Assembly (NCBI GenBank): GCA_964601205.1
Contig: CAZRML010000014.1
Location: forward strand, 8,504-72,503
Length of the DNA stretch: 64,000 nucleotides
Direction: 5' to 3'
DNA from: an uncultured Actinomycetota bacterium
Lineage (GTDB): Bacteria; Actinomycetota; Humimicrobiia; Humimicrobiales; Humimicrobiaceae
The notes under the pieces are model-generated. The model did not search any database. It saw nothing but the letters and a program-made list of their open reading frames with translations, and was not told the origin of the DNA. The position numbers were made by a program, and so were the translations under genes. Position 1 is the stretch's first letter; each line of letters opens with the position of its first letter. Shown here piece by piece: positions 1-8,790 of this stretch.

Positions 1-773
1 TTGCAATAGGAGCATATGGTATAACCAATATTGATGGCGGGGAAGTAATTTTTTCGCCTCATTTTCCATCATGGGGGAAGAATTTAAAACTTAAGGAGAA
101 AATAGTTAAGCGCATTCCCGATGAAATACCGGTTATTGTGGATAATCATTCAAGATTCCAGGTTTTTGCCGAGAAAGTTCTGGGGCTTGGGAAAGGAAAA
201 AATAATATTGTAGCCGTGCAGGCAGGTAAAGGACTGGTAGCAGGAGTGATAATAGAAAACGAAATTAAGAGAGGCAATCATTATTTGATTGGTGAGATAG
301 GTCACATGATTGTGGATCCTGAAGCAAGAGAGATCTGCGTATGTGGCGGTAAGGGTTGTTTTGAAGCTATGGTTACAACTAATAGAATAATAAGGTTAGC
401 AAAGGAAAAATATAATGATTATCCGGATTCAATTATTTTTAAAGGTGATGGTCCTGACAATGCAGATATCTTTAAAATATTTGATGCTTCAAATAAAGGG
501 GATAAGCTTGCACTTTATTTAATGGATGATGCTATAAACTGGTTTGGTATCGGGATATCAAATATTATTCTGGTTTATGACCCCCAGGTAGTGATAATTC
601 AGGGAATATTTACAAAAGCCGGAGAATATTTTTTAAATAGTTTGAGGGAAAAGATTAATAGAGTTTCATTGTTTTCTATAAAGAGGAAAACCGAAATTAA
701 ATATTCTGAACTTGGTGATAACGTAGGTGTCCTGGGTGCAGCAGCATATATATTGTCAAAATATTTTGAATAG
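1..773 (+). CDS. ROK family protein (sugar kinase or repressor), 5' end outside window
   Basis: The frame of the listed ORF 138..773 is open from base 3 (AIGAYGITNIDGGEVIFSPHFPSWG...PVIVDNHSRF). It carries the GEIGHM signature and the ROK zinc motif CVCGGKGCFEAMV. Confidence 0.85.
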   Translation, partial: AIGAYGITNIDGGEVIFSPHFPSWGKNLKLKEKIVKRIPDEIPVIVDNHSRFQVFAEKVLGLGKGKNNIVAVQAGKGLVAGVIIENEIKRGNHYLIGEIGHMIVDPEAREICVCGGKGCFEAMVTTNRIIRLAKEKYNDYPDSIIFKGDGPDNADIFKIFDASNKGDKLALYLMDDAINWFGIGISNIILVYDPQVVIIQGIFTKAGEYFLNSLREKINRVSLFSIKRKTEIKYSELGDNVGVLGAAAYILSKYFE

Positions 774-931
774 ATTTTAAGTAAAATTTTTTAAAAAAGT
801 TTTAGAAAAAAATATATGATTAAAGGAGGTGAGAACAATTAATTGAGATTTGTGTAGGTGTGGTTTTTGTATTCTAATTGAACAAATCTCGAAACTATTT
901 TATCAAAAATCATTTAAAGGAGGATAAAAAA

Positions 932-1748
932 GTGAAGAAGGTTCTAATTTTTACATTAGTGCTGTCTTTTGTGGTTTCAATGTTATTTGTTGGAACTTCA
1001 TGTAAGGCAGAAGAAGCTGCAGAAGAACCCGCAGAAGAAGCTGCAGAAGAACCTGCAGAAGAAGAAGCTGAAGAACCAGAAGCTGAAGAACCAGCTGAAG
1101 AACCAGCAGAAGCGGAACCTGTTACCATAACCTGGTGGCATATCCAGACTGAGGAATCTCAGGGGGAGTACTGGCAGGATCTTGCTGACAGATTTATGGC
1201 TGACAATCCCCATGTAACAATTGAGATTACAGTTTTAGAAAATGAAAACTTCAAAGCTAAGATGACCACTGTTATGCAGACTGGAGAAGTTCCTGACCTA
1301 TTCCAGAGCTGGGGCGGCGGCACAATGAATGCCCAGGCTGACGCTGGTCTGCTCAGGGGCATTACAGCAGATCTTGCAGAAGACGGTTTTGCTGATACAA
1401 TCTCGCCGGGTGCTCTTGGCGTATATTCTTATGATGGTAAGAACTACGGAGTACCGAGAGATATGGGAATGGTTGGTATCTTCTATAATACCGAGCTGTT
1501 TGAACAGGCAGGAGTTGAAGCTCCGATCGCAACATGGACCGAGCTTCTTGAAGCTGTTGATAAATTTAAAGCAGCAGGTATTACTCCCATTGCAGAAGGC
1601 GGCGGAGATAAATGGCCGGCCGCATTTACATGGGAATACCTTGTAACACGAATCGGCGGTGAAGCTGCTTTTACTGCTGCTGCTGCAAGAACAGGTTCAT
1701 TTGCAGATGAGGCATTTGTAGAAGCAGGGAATAAACTTGTAGAGCTAG
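932..1748 (+). pseudogene. ABC transporter sugar-binding lipoprotein (family-1 SBP), 5' fragment cut by IS insertion
   Basis: GTG 932 sits 7 nt after AAAGGAGG (917-924). The product has a signal peptide with lipobox FVGTS|C, an acidic EA/PE linker and then an SBP-like body. The frame runs into the IS left end and stops at 1777. Confidence 0.85.
1007..1120 (+). repeat. Imperfect tandem GCAGAAGAA(G/C)C-type repeats encoding the acidic linker AEEAAEEPAEEAAEEPAEEEAEEPEAEEPAEEPAEAEP
   Basis: Direct reading shows repeated gcagaagaagct/gcagaagaacc units immediately after the lipobox Cys codon. Confidence 0.8.
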
Positions 1749-1762
1749 GAGCTTGTCCGAGA
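1749..1762. repeat. IS left terminal inverted repeat GAGCTTGTCCGAGA
   Basis: It is the exact reverse complement of 3492-3505. Confidence 0.9.
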
Positions 1763-1867
1763 ATAGCAAATAATTGATGTAAAAACTCAAAAACACATAG
1801 AAATAATTAAACAAATATACTATAATAATAAGGTAATATTTAAACAATTATTATAGGAGAAAACTAA

Positions 1868-3358
1868 ATGCCAGTACCCTTTAAAAAAGATCCAGTAGAT
1901 TTTAATCAAAGAAAGCTAATGGCTGAAAATGTATTTGATTTGCTTCAAAAAGATCATGACTGCTTTATATATGAGGATATTTTAAGCCAGATCGATACAA
2001 AAAGTATTGAGGAAAAATACAGCATGCGTGGCCAGCATGCATATCATCCAAAGAGAGTGACAGCAATACTAATATATGCTTATAGCCAGGGAATATTTAG
2101 CTCAAGAAAAATAGAACAAAAATGCAGCCAGGATTTATCCTTTATGTATATATCCCACAGAAACTGCCCGGACTTTAGAGTGCTTTCTGACTTTAGAAAA
2201 GATAACTATGAGTTCTTTGTAGAATGCTTTAAAAAGAGTGTTAAAATAGCCAGTAGCCTGGGAATGGTGTCCCTTGGCCATGTGGGTATAGACGGTTCAA
2301 AGTTTCATGCAAATACTTCAAAATATAAAGCAGCAAGTTATTCTCACCTAAAGGTTAATGAAAATAAACTAAACCATGAGATTGAAGAACTTCTAAAAAA
2401 GGCAGAAAACGAAGATGATGCTGAAGACAAAATCTACCATAACGGTAAAGGTTACAGCATACCAGATGATCTAAAGATTAAGGAAAAAAGACTTGAAAAA
2501 ATTAAAAAAATAAAAAAAGAGCTTGAAAAAAGAGAGGAAAAGGAAAATCCCAAAGAAAAGATAGATCCTAAAAAGCAGATAAGCTATGCTGACACTGATG
2601 CTAAAATGATGAAGAGCAGAGGTAATTTCGAGTATTGCTACAATGGCCAGATAAGCGTTGACTCTAAAAACCAGATAATAGTGGGACAGCACCTTTCGCA
2701 GAATGCAAATGATAAAAATGAACTGGCAAAAGCATTAACTGAGATTAAAAACAATACAGATAAGCTGCCAGATAAGGCAAGCCTTGATAGCGGATACAAA
2801 ACATCCGGTAATATCTTAACACTTGCCGGTAATAAAATAGATGGCTATATAGCAACCGGTAAGGGAGAAAAAGACAACTTACAAGATACAAATAAAAAAA
2901 TAGGCAAATCCCAGTTTTCATATGATAGCCAAAAAGATATATTTATCTGTCCTGCCGGCGTTGTATTAAAACTAAAATCCAGTGGGAAAAATAGAGTGTA
3001 TAAAGCAGAAGAAATGGTATGCGGCGGATGCAGTTTTAAAAATATATGTAGTGCTAAAAAAAGTAATATTCCAACAATATATACTGATGATAAAGGAATT
3101 ATTTTGGCTACTATGAAAGAGAAAATGAAAAAAGACTCCTCCAAAGAAATATATGCAAAACGTAAAATTATTGTTGAACCGGTCTTTGGCCAGATAAAAA
3201 CAGGAGGATTTAGGCGATTTAGCTTAAGGGGATTTAAAAAGGCAGGTGGTGAATTTTCACTTGTATGTGCGGTTTCCAACTTTAAAAAAATAGTAAACAT
3301 GATAAAAGATCAAACAGGCTGCTCGAAAGAGAGAGAATTACTGATCCAGGCAATATAA
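1868..3358 (+). CDS. DDE transposase, IS1182/IS5-like (496 aa)
   Basis: The N-terminal region is InsH/DUF772-like (HPKRVTAILIYAYSQGIFSSRKIE...RVLSDFRKDN). Candidate DDE residues lie in GIDGSKFHAN, LDSGYKT and IVEPVFGQIK. The C-terminal GFRRFSLRGFKK...NFKK tail is typical of this group. An RBS AGGAGA lies upstream. Confidence 0.9.
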   Translation: MPVPFKKDPVDFNQRKLMAENVFDLLQKDHDCFIYEDILSQIDTKSIEEKYSMRGQHAYHPKRVTAILIYAYSQGIFSSRKIEQKCSQDLSFMYISHRNCPDFRVLSDFRKDNYEFFVECFKKSVKIASSLGMVSLGHVGIDGSKFHANTSKYKAASYSHLKVNENKLNHEIEELLKKAENEDDAEDKIYHNGKGYSIPDDLKIKEKRLEKIKKIKKELEKREEKENPKEKIDPKKQISYADTDAKMMKSRGNFEYCYNGQISVDSKNQIIVGQHLSQNANDKNELAKALTEIKNNTDKLPDKASLDSGYKTSGNILTLAGNKIDGYIATGKGEKDNLQDTNKKIGKSQFSYDSQKDIFICPAGVVLKLKSSGKNRVYKAEEMVCGGCSFKNICSAKKSNIPTIYTDDKGIILATMKEKMKKDSSKEIYAKRKIIVEPVFGQIKTGGFRRFSLRGFKKAGGEFSLVCAVSNFKKIVNMIKDQTGCSKERELLIQAI

Positions 3359-3491
3359 ATAGATAACTTAGGTTCATATGGTGACAAAAATACCACTGTA
3401 TGAAGCAATTTATACAATAATTTCAAGAAATAATTTCAGTTTTTAAAATAATATGGAAAATTATGATTTTATGCGAGTTTTAACAATGAAA

Positions 3492-3505
3492 TCTCGGACA
3501 AGCTC
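3492..3505. repeat. IS right terminal inverted repeat TCTCGGACAAGCTC
   Basis: It is the exact reverse complement of 1749-1762. Confidence 0.9.
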
Positions 3506-3509
3506 CTAG

Positions 3510-4063
3510 TTGATGCAGATGCATACCAGGATGGTTTCCTTGGTGCAACCTGGGGCGATGCAGCAACCTCTATGGGTAATAGTGAAGCAGCTATGAACTG
3601 CATGGGTCAGTGGGGCCCCGGTTCATACAGAGAAAATAGCGCTGATGGCACAGGGCTTGATGGAAAATTAGGCTGGTTCAAATTCCCGGAAGTTGAAGGA
3701 GGCGCTGGAAAACCTACAGATGCTCTCGGTGGCGGTAATGGATTTGTAGTTGGAAAAGATGCACCGGATGAAGCCATAGATTTCCTTAAATTCATGCTAA
3801 ATGTTGAAGAGCAGAATAAACAGACAGAACTGGGAATGGGCGTTCCAGTTGTAATAGGTGCTACTGTAGAAGATCCTGTACTTTCATTAATTGTTGAAGG
3901 AAGAGATGAGGCTGAATACCTGCAGCTATACTATGACCAGTATCTCCCGCCTGCTACGGGTGGTGTTGTCAATGATATAGTCCAGGCAATAATGGCTAAA
4001 TCAATGACACCTGAAGAAGCATGCCAGATGCTTGAAGACACAGCTGCTTCTGAATTAGACTAA
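3510..4063 (+). pseudogene. ABC transporter sugar-binding protein, 3' fragment
   Basis: The frame is open from 3509/3510 (VDADAYQDGFLGATWGDAATS-MGNSEAAMNCMGQWGP...) and in register with the 5' fragment once the IS is removed. The listed ORF 3572..4063 is only its internal-Met part. Confidence 0.85.
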
Positions 4064-4089
4064 TTGTTTTGTTTGAGTCTAAATAAAGA

Positions 4090-4118
4090 CAGGGATTGGG
4101 CTAAACGCCCAATCCCTG
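4090..4118 (+). terminator. Perfect 12-bp stem / 5-nt loop hairpin between the SBP and permease genes (attenuator or mRNA-stabilising element)
   Basis: CAGGGATTGGGC-TAAAC-GCCCAATCCCTG. It is followed by an A-rich, not U-rich, tract on the + strand. Confidence 0.5.
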
Positions 4119-4214
4119 AAAATCTAAAAGAATACTAAAAATTTTTAATAAAAGATAATATTATGTATAATATCTATTAAAGCAGGGAGGGTTATCATAG
4201 AATTATCAAAGAAA

Positions 4215-5105
4215 ATGAAGCCCCACAATTTATCTAAAGACAGGATAAAAGTTTTTTTATTCCTTATTCCTGCTGCTGCTCTTATACTTATTTTTCTGGT
4301 TGTTCCTATTTTTATGTGTGGCTATTACAGCTTATTTGACTGGAACGGAATGGGGCCTGCCGAGGATTTTACAGGATTTGAAAATATTAAAAATATACTT
4401 ACCAATAAGATTTTTTTAAAAGCCGTGGGCAACAGTTTTACCATTGTGGCACTCTCATTATTTATACAGCTCCCGCTGGCTTTATTTCTGGCTATTCTTT
4501 TTGGACGCGGATTAAGAGGCCGTGCTTTTTTTAGAACGATCTTTTTCCTGCCATATGTTTTCTCAGAAGCTATAACTGCTGTTATGTGGCTGATTCTTTA
4601 TAATCCAAATCCGAGCAGAGGTTTTATAAATGCAGTTTTCCAGACACTGGGATGGGAAACACAGGCATGGCTGGGAGATATGAACCTGGTGCTGTTTTCA
4701 ATATTTATTGTACTTACCTGGAAATATATTGGATTTCATATGCTTTTATATATAACAGGTCTGCAAAATATATCGAAGGATGTTGAAGAAGCAGCTTTAA
4801 TTGACGGTGTAAACAGACGGCAGATGTTAACATATATAACCATACCATTATTAGCCGGTACGATAAGGACATCGGTATACCTATCAGTTCTCGGTTCACT
4901 GCAGGTATTTGCTATTGTGTGGATTATGTCAAAAGGTGGTCCTGTTAATGCAAGCGAGGTTCTGTCAACATACATGTACCGCTTTAGTTTTGTGCGGTTC
5001 CAGCTTGGTTATGGTGCAGGCGTGGCAATAGTTATGTTGGTTATTGCCCTGATTTTTTCTATAACATACATGAGTTTTGTGCGCAGAACGGAACATATAG
5101 CATAG
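4215..5105 (+). CDS. ABC sugar transporter permease (MalF/UgpA-type)
   Basis: The product is a polytopic membrane protein with an EAA loop EEAALIDGVNRRQMLTYITIPLL. Confidence 0.9.
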   Translation: MKPHNLSKDRIKVFLFLIPAAALILIFLVVPIFMCGYYSLFDWNGMGPAEDFTGFENIKNILTNKIFLKAVGNSFTIVALSLFIQLPLALFLAILFGRGLRGRAFFRTIFFLPYVFSEAITAVMWLILYNPNPSRGFINAVFQTLGWETQAWLGDMNLVLFSIFIVLTWKYIGFHMLLYITGLQNISKDVEEAALIDGVNRRQMLTYITIPLLAGTIRTSVYLSVLGSLQVFAIVWIMSKGGPVNASEVLSTYMYRFSFVRFQLGYGAGVAIVMLVIALIFSITYMSFVRRTEHIA

Positions 5106-5118
5106 AAAGGACTGATTT

Positions 5119-5976
5119 ATGCCAGATAATGTTGCAAAAAAAAGTAAGAAATTTAAAGAACTAATTCCGGCAATATTAAAATATACTATTCTTACAGCAA
5201 CACTACTTTTTATTATTGTTCCAATAGTAATTATTATATTTGGCGGATTAAAAACACGTGGTGAATTTTATACTATCCCTTATATACCCCCGGTACCGCC
5301 CAGATGGGGAAATATTGTAAGAATTGTAAAGATGCCAATTTTCTGGAGCATGATGCGCAATAGTGTGGTGGTAACTATTGCAGCCACAGCCGGAATTGTG
5401 ATGATTGCTTCAATGTCAGCTTTTGTATTTGCGCGCATGAAATTTAAGGGAAAAGCCGCACTATTTCAATTTTTCACCCTGGGTCTTATGTTTCCGGCTA
5501 CTGTAGCTATTTTACCGATTTTCCTTATAGTAAGGCTGATAGGTTTGCAGAATAACCTGATAGCGGTAATACTGGTACTTACTACTTTTCAACTTTCCAT
5601 GTCCACTGTAATACTCCGTAATTTTTTTATGGAAATCCCTTCAGAACTTCAGGATGCCGCTATGATAGATGGGTGTAACACTATAGGGTTTTTCTGGCGT
5701 ATACTGCTGCCGCTGGCAAAGCCATCCCTGGCTGCAGTTGCATCATTAGCTGTAGTTAACACATGGAACGATTTACTGGTAGCTCTGGTTCTGATAGATA
5801 AGGAAAAATTATGGACCCTGCAGCTTGGAACAATGCAGTTCCAGGGTCAATACGGCCAGGATTTATCTCTGGTATCAGCATTTCTTATACTGGCAGCAAT
5901 ACCTGCTGTAGTATTTTATATAGTTGCCCAGCGTCATATTGTTTCAGGATTGACTGCGGGTTCAATAAAAGGTTAA
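5119..5976 (+). CDS. ABC sugar transporter permease (MalG/UgpE-type)
   Basis: EAA loop LQDAAMIDGCNTIGFFWRILLPLAKP. It starts 13 nt after the preceding permease gene. Confidence 0.9.
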   Translation: MPDNVAKKSKKFKELIPAILKYTILTATLLFIIVPIVIIIFGGLKTRGEFYTIPYIPPVPPRWGNIVRIVKMPIFWSMMRNSVVVTIAATAGIVMIASMSAFVFARMKFKGKAALFQFFTLGLMFPATVAILPIFLIVRLIGLQNNLIAVILVLTTFQLSMSTVILRNFFMEIPSELQDAAMIDGCNTIGFFWRILLPLAKPSLAAVASLAVVNTWNDLLVALVLIDKEKLWTLQLGTMQFQGQYGQDLSLVSAFLILAAIPAVVFYIVAQRHIVSGLTAGSIKG

Positions 5977-6111
5977 GTTAATAAATTATATTTGTTAATC
6001 ACAATTTTTTTAATTTTTAAATAATAATACTTTTCTGCAGGGAGAAATTATAATTACGGATTTAAAATTTTTTGATTTTAATTTTTAAGTAAGCTAAATA
6101 TTTAAAAAGGA

Positions 6112-8493
6112 TTGATTAAAACGAAAGAAAGAAAAAATAAGGTAAATAAAATTTACCTTGATAAAAATAGAACAGTTGATGAAAGGGTGAAGAACCTTTT
6201 ATCAATAATGACTATTGAAGAAAAAATAGCACAGCTCGGCAGTGCATGGATATACGAAATTCTGGAAGGTAAAGAGTTTTCTGAAAAAAAAGCCAGTAAG
6301 TTAATGGGTAATGGTATCGGACAGATAACGAGACTTGGAGGAGCAAGTAATTTTAGCCCGGATGAATCAGCAAGAACAGCAAATATAATACAGAAATATC
6401 TGCTTAATAATACAGGTCCCGGTATACCTGCCATAATTCATGAAGAATCTTGCAGCGGGTATATGGCTAAAGGAGCCACCTGCTTCCCTCAGATAATTGG
6501 AGCTGCAAGTACATGGGAGCCGGAGTTATTAGAAAAAATGGGTGTTGAGATAAGAAAGCAAATGAAAGCTGCAGGTGCCCATCAGGCGCTTGCTCCTGTT
6601 CTTGATGTCGCAAGGGATGCCAGGTGGGGAAGAGCTGAAGAGACTTTTGGAGAAGACCCTTATCTTGTTTCAAAAATGGGTTCATCTTATATAAAAGGAA
6701 TACAGGGTAAAAACTGGCAGGAAGGAATTATGGCGACCGCAAAACATTTTTCTGGATATGGAGTATCGGAGGGAGGTATGAACTGGGCTCCGCCACATAT
6801 TCCTGAGAGAGAAATGAGAGAGGTTTTCCTGCGGCCCTTTGAAGTTGCTGTAAAAGAAGTTGGTATAGCTGCTATTATGCCGGGTTATCATGAACTGGAT
6901 GGAATTCCATGCCACAGCTCAAAAAAATTGCTTAAAGATATACTGAGGAATTTATGGAACTTTAATGGTCTTGTTGTATCTGATTATTTTGGGATAAACA
7001 TGTTAAAAGAATTTCACCTAATATCGCCTGATAAGAAATATGCAGCGAAACAGGCCATGGAGGCAGGTGTAGATATAGAGCTTCCGAGTACTGATTGTTA
7101 TGGGAAGCCATTAAAAGAGGCTCTTAAGGAGGGAATAATTGATGAAACATTAATTGATATATCTGTGGCCAGAATACTTAAAATGAAATTTTTAATGGGG
7201 CTTTTTGAAAATCCATATGTTGATGAGAAAAAACCATCAAAAATATTTGACACGCCGGAGCAAAGATTACTGGCAAATAAGATAGCGCAGAAGTCAATTG
7301 TACTGTTAAAAAATTATAATAAGATATTGCCTTTAAGAAAGGATATCAAATCAATTGCTGTAATTGGACCAAATGCTGATGAGGAAAGAAATATCATAGG
7401 TGATTATGCATATCCATGTCATATAGAATCGTTGATTGAGATGAAAAATAATAATGAAACATTTAATACACCTGTTCCCGATAAATTAGAAATGGTGGAT
7501 AATTTTGTTCCAATCTTAAGCATACTGGATGGAATAAAAGAAAAAGTAAGCAGGAAAACAAATGTGTTTTACGCAAAGGGTTGCGATATAACAGGAGAAA
7601 ATAAAGATGGGTTTAATGAAGCTGTAAAAATTTCAAAAAAATCCGATATAGCAGTTATGGTGGTTGGAGGAAAATCCGGTATTATTGATGAATGTACAAG
7701 TGGAGAGGCAAGAGATAGAGCGAGTTTAGATTTACCCGGGGTGCAGGAAGACCTTGTAAAAGCTATTTATAAGACAGGTACGCCGGTTGTAGTTATACTT
7801 GTTAATGGAAGGCCGCTATCTATAAGCTGGATTGCTGAGAACACCCCATCAATAATAGAAGCATGGTTACCCGGTGAAGAAGGGGCAAGGGCAGTAGCAG
7901 ATGTTCTTTTTGGTGATTATAATCCCGGTGGTAAGCTCCCAATGTCTTTTCCAAGGTCGGTAGGCCAGGTACCGGTATATTACGGACATAAACCTTCAGG
8001 AGGGCGCTCTTACTGGAAAGGCGATTATGTAGAAATGAGCACCAAACCTCTTTTTAGTTTTGGTTATGGTCTGAGCTACACAGATTTTGAATATAATAAT
8101 TTAAGCATAGAACCGATATTTGCGTCATGGAATAAAGAGGTAAAAATAAGATTTGATGTAAGGAATACAGGCTCTTACGAAGGAGATGAAGTAGCCCAGT
8201 TATATGTAAATTATATCCAATCTGAAATAACGAGGCCCCTAAAAGAGCTTAAGGGTTTTAAGAGAATTAATCTGAAACCGGGTCAGATGAAAACAGTAAC
8301 TTTTATTCTTCCGGTGACACAGCTCGGGTTTTATAATAGGGAAATGAAATATGTAATAGAACCGGGGACTATAAAAATTATGATAGGGAGTTCTTCAGAA
8401 AACATCATGCTGAATGGAGAATTTAAGATAAAAGGTAAAATAAAAGAAATAAAAGATAAAATGAGCTATTTCTCCTCTGTAAAGGTAGAATAA
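6112..8493 (+). CDS. Glycoside hydrolase family 3 beta-glucosidase (BglX-like), cytoplasmic
   Basis: GH3 motifs KHFSGYG and GLVVSDY (nucleophile Asp region) are present, with a C-terminal Fn3-like domain and no signal peptide. The start is uncertain (TTG 6112 or a downstream ATG). Confidence 0.9.
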   Translation: MIKTKERKNKVNKIYLDKNRTVDERVKNLLSIMTIEEKIAQLGSAWIYEILEGKEFSEKKASKLMGNGIGQITRLGGASNFSPDESARTANIIQKYLLNNTGPGIPAIIHEESCSGYMAKGATCFPQIIGAASTWEPELLEKMGVEIRKQMKAAGAHQALAPVLDVARDARWGRAEETFGEDPYLVSKMGSSYIKGIQGKNWQEGIMATAKHFSGYGVSEGGMNWAPPHIPEREMREVFLRPFEVAVKEVGIAAIMPGYHELDGIPCHSSKKLLKDILRNLWNFNGLVVSDYFGINMLKEFHLISPDKKYAAKQAMEAGVDIELPSTDCYGKPLKEALKEGIIDETLIDISVARILKMKFLMGLFENPYVDEKKPSKIFDTPEQRLLANKIAQKSIVLLKNYNKILPLRKDIKSIAVIGPNADEERNIIGDYAYPCHIESLIEMKNNNETFNTPVPDKLEMVDNFVPILSILDGIKEKVSRKTNVFYAKGCDITGENKDGFNEAVKISKKSDIAVMVVGGKSGIIDECTSGEARDRASLDLPGVQEDLVKAIYKTGTPVVVILVNGRPLSISWIAENTPSIIEAWLPGEEGARAVADVLFGDYNPGGKLPMSFPRSVGQVPVYYGHKPSGGRSYWKGDYVEMSTKPLFSFGYGLSYTDFEYNNLSIEPIFASWNKEVKIRFDVRNTGSYEGDEVAQLYVNYIQSEITRPLKELKGFKRINLKPGQMKTVTFILPVTQLGFYNREMKYVIEPGTIKIMIGSSSENIMLNGEFKIKGKIKEIKDKMSYFSSVKVE

Positions 8494-8713
8494 ATACCGG
8501 GATAAATTTACCCACGGGTAAGATATTAAATAAAAAATATTATTACTGTAATGATTGTATTGCTAATAATATTTAAGTATTAAATAATCCTTCTTTAAAA
8601 AATCATAAAAAGTTAGAAAAAAAGGAATTATTATTATTTTTACCAATTTTTTTAAATAATATAGATATTTGCTATATTTTATTTAAAAATTTTAGTATAA
8701 TCATATAAAATTT

Positions 8714-8753
8714 GTAAATATTATAAAATTTAATAATTTTTTATAATATTTAC
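8714..8753. promoter_or_regulatory. Perfect 15-bp inverted repeat GTAAATATTATAAAA-N10-TTTTATAATATTTAC upstream of pckG (candidate operator or 5'-UTR hairpin)
   Basis: The arms 8714-8728 and 8739-8753 are exact reverse complements. The repeat ends 38 nt before the ATG at 8791. Confidence 0.35.
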
Positions 8754-8790
8754 GAAGAAAATAAAAAATTTTAAGTAAAGAAAGAGTGCA

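Larger units (their letters stand above)
1749..3505 (+). mobile_element. IS element (IS1182/IS5-superfamily type), 1757 bp, inserted in the SBP gene
   Basis: Perfect 14-bp terminal inverted repeats are flanked by CTAG on both sides (1745-1748 and 3506-3509). The element holds a single intact transposase ORF. Deleting 1749..3509 restores the SBP reading frame. Confidence 0.9.

Noticed and set aside
1329-1646. A 105-aa + strand ORF in an alternative frame within the SBP 5' fragment.
   Set aside because: It overlaps the clearly SBP-like frame, has no RBS, and its translation has no recognisable features.
878-8493. The sugar-uptake locus as a horizontally acquired island, because parts of it (for example 1321-1380, about 55% G+C) look much G+C-richer than genes such as DUF1015 (about 25% in 11041-11100).
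   Set aside because: Spot counts show equally G+C-rich stretches in conserved parts of core genes (for example pckG 9481-9540). The contrast may reflect amino-acid composition and within-gene variation. I cannot compute window statistics reliably by eye.
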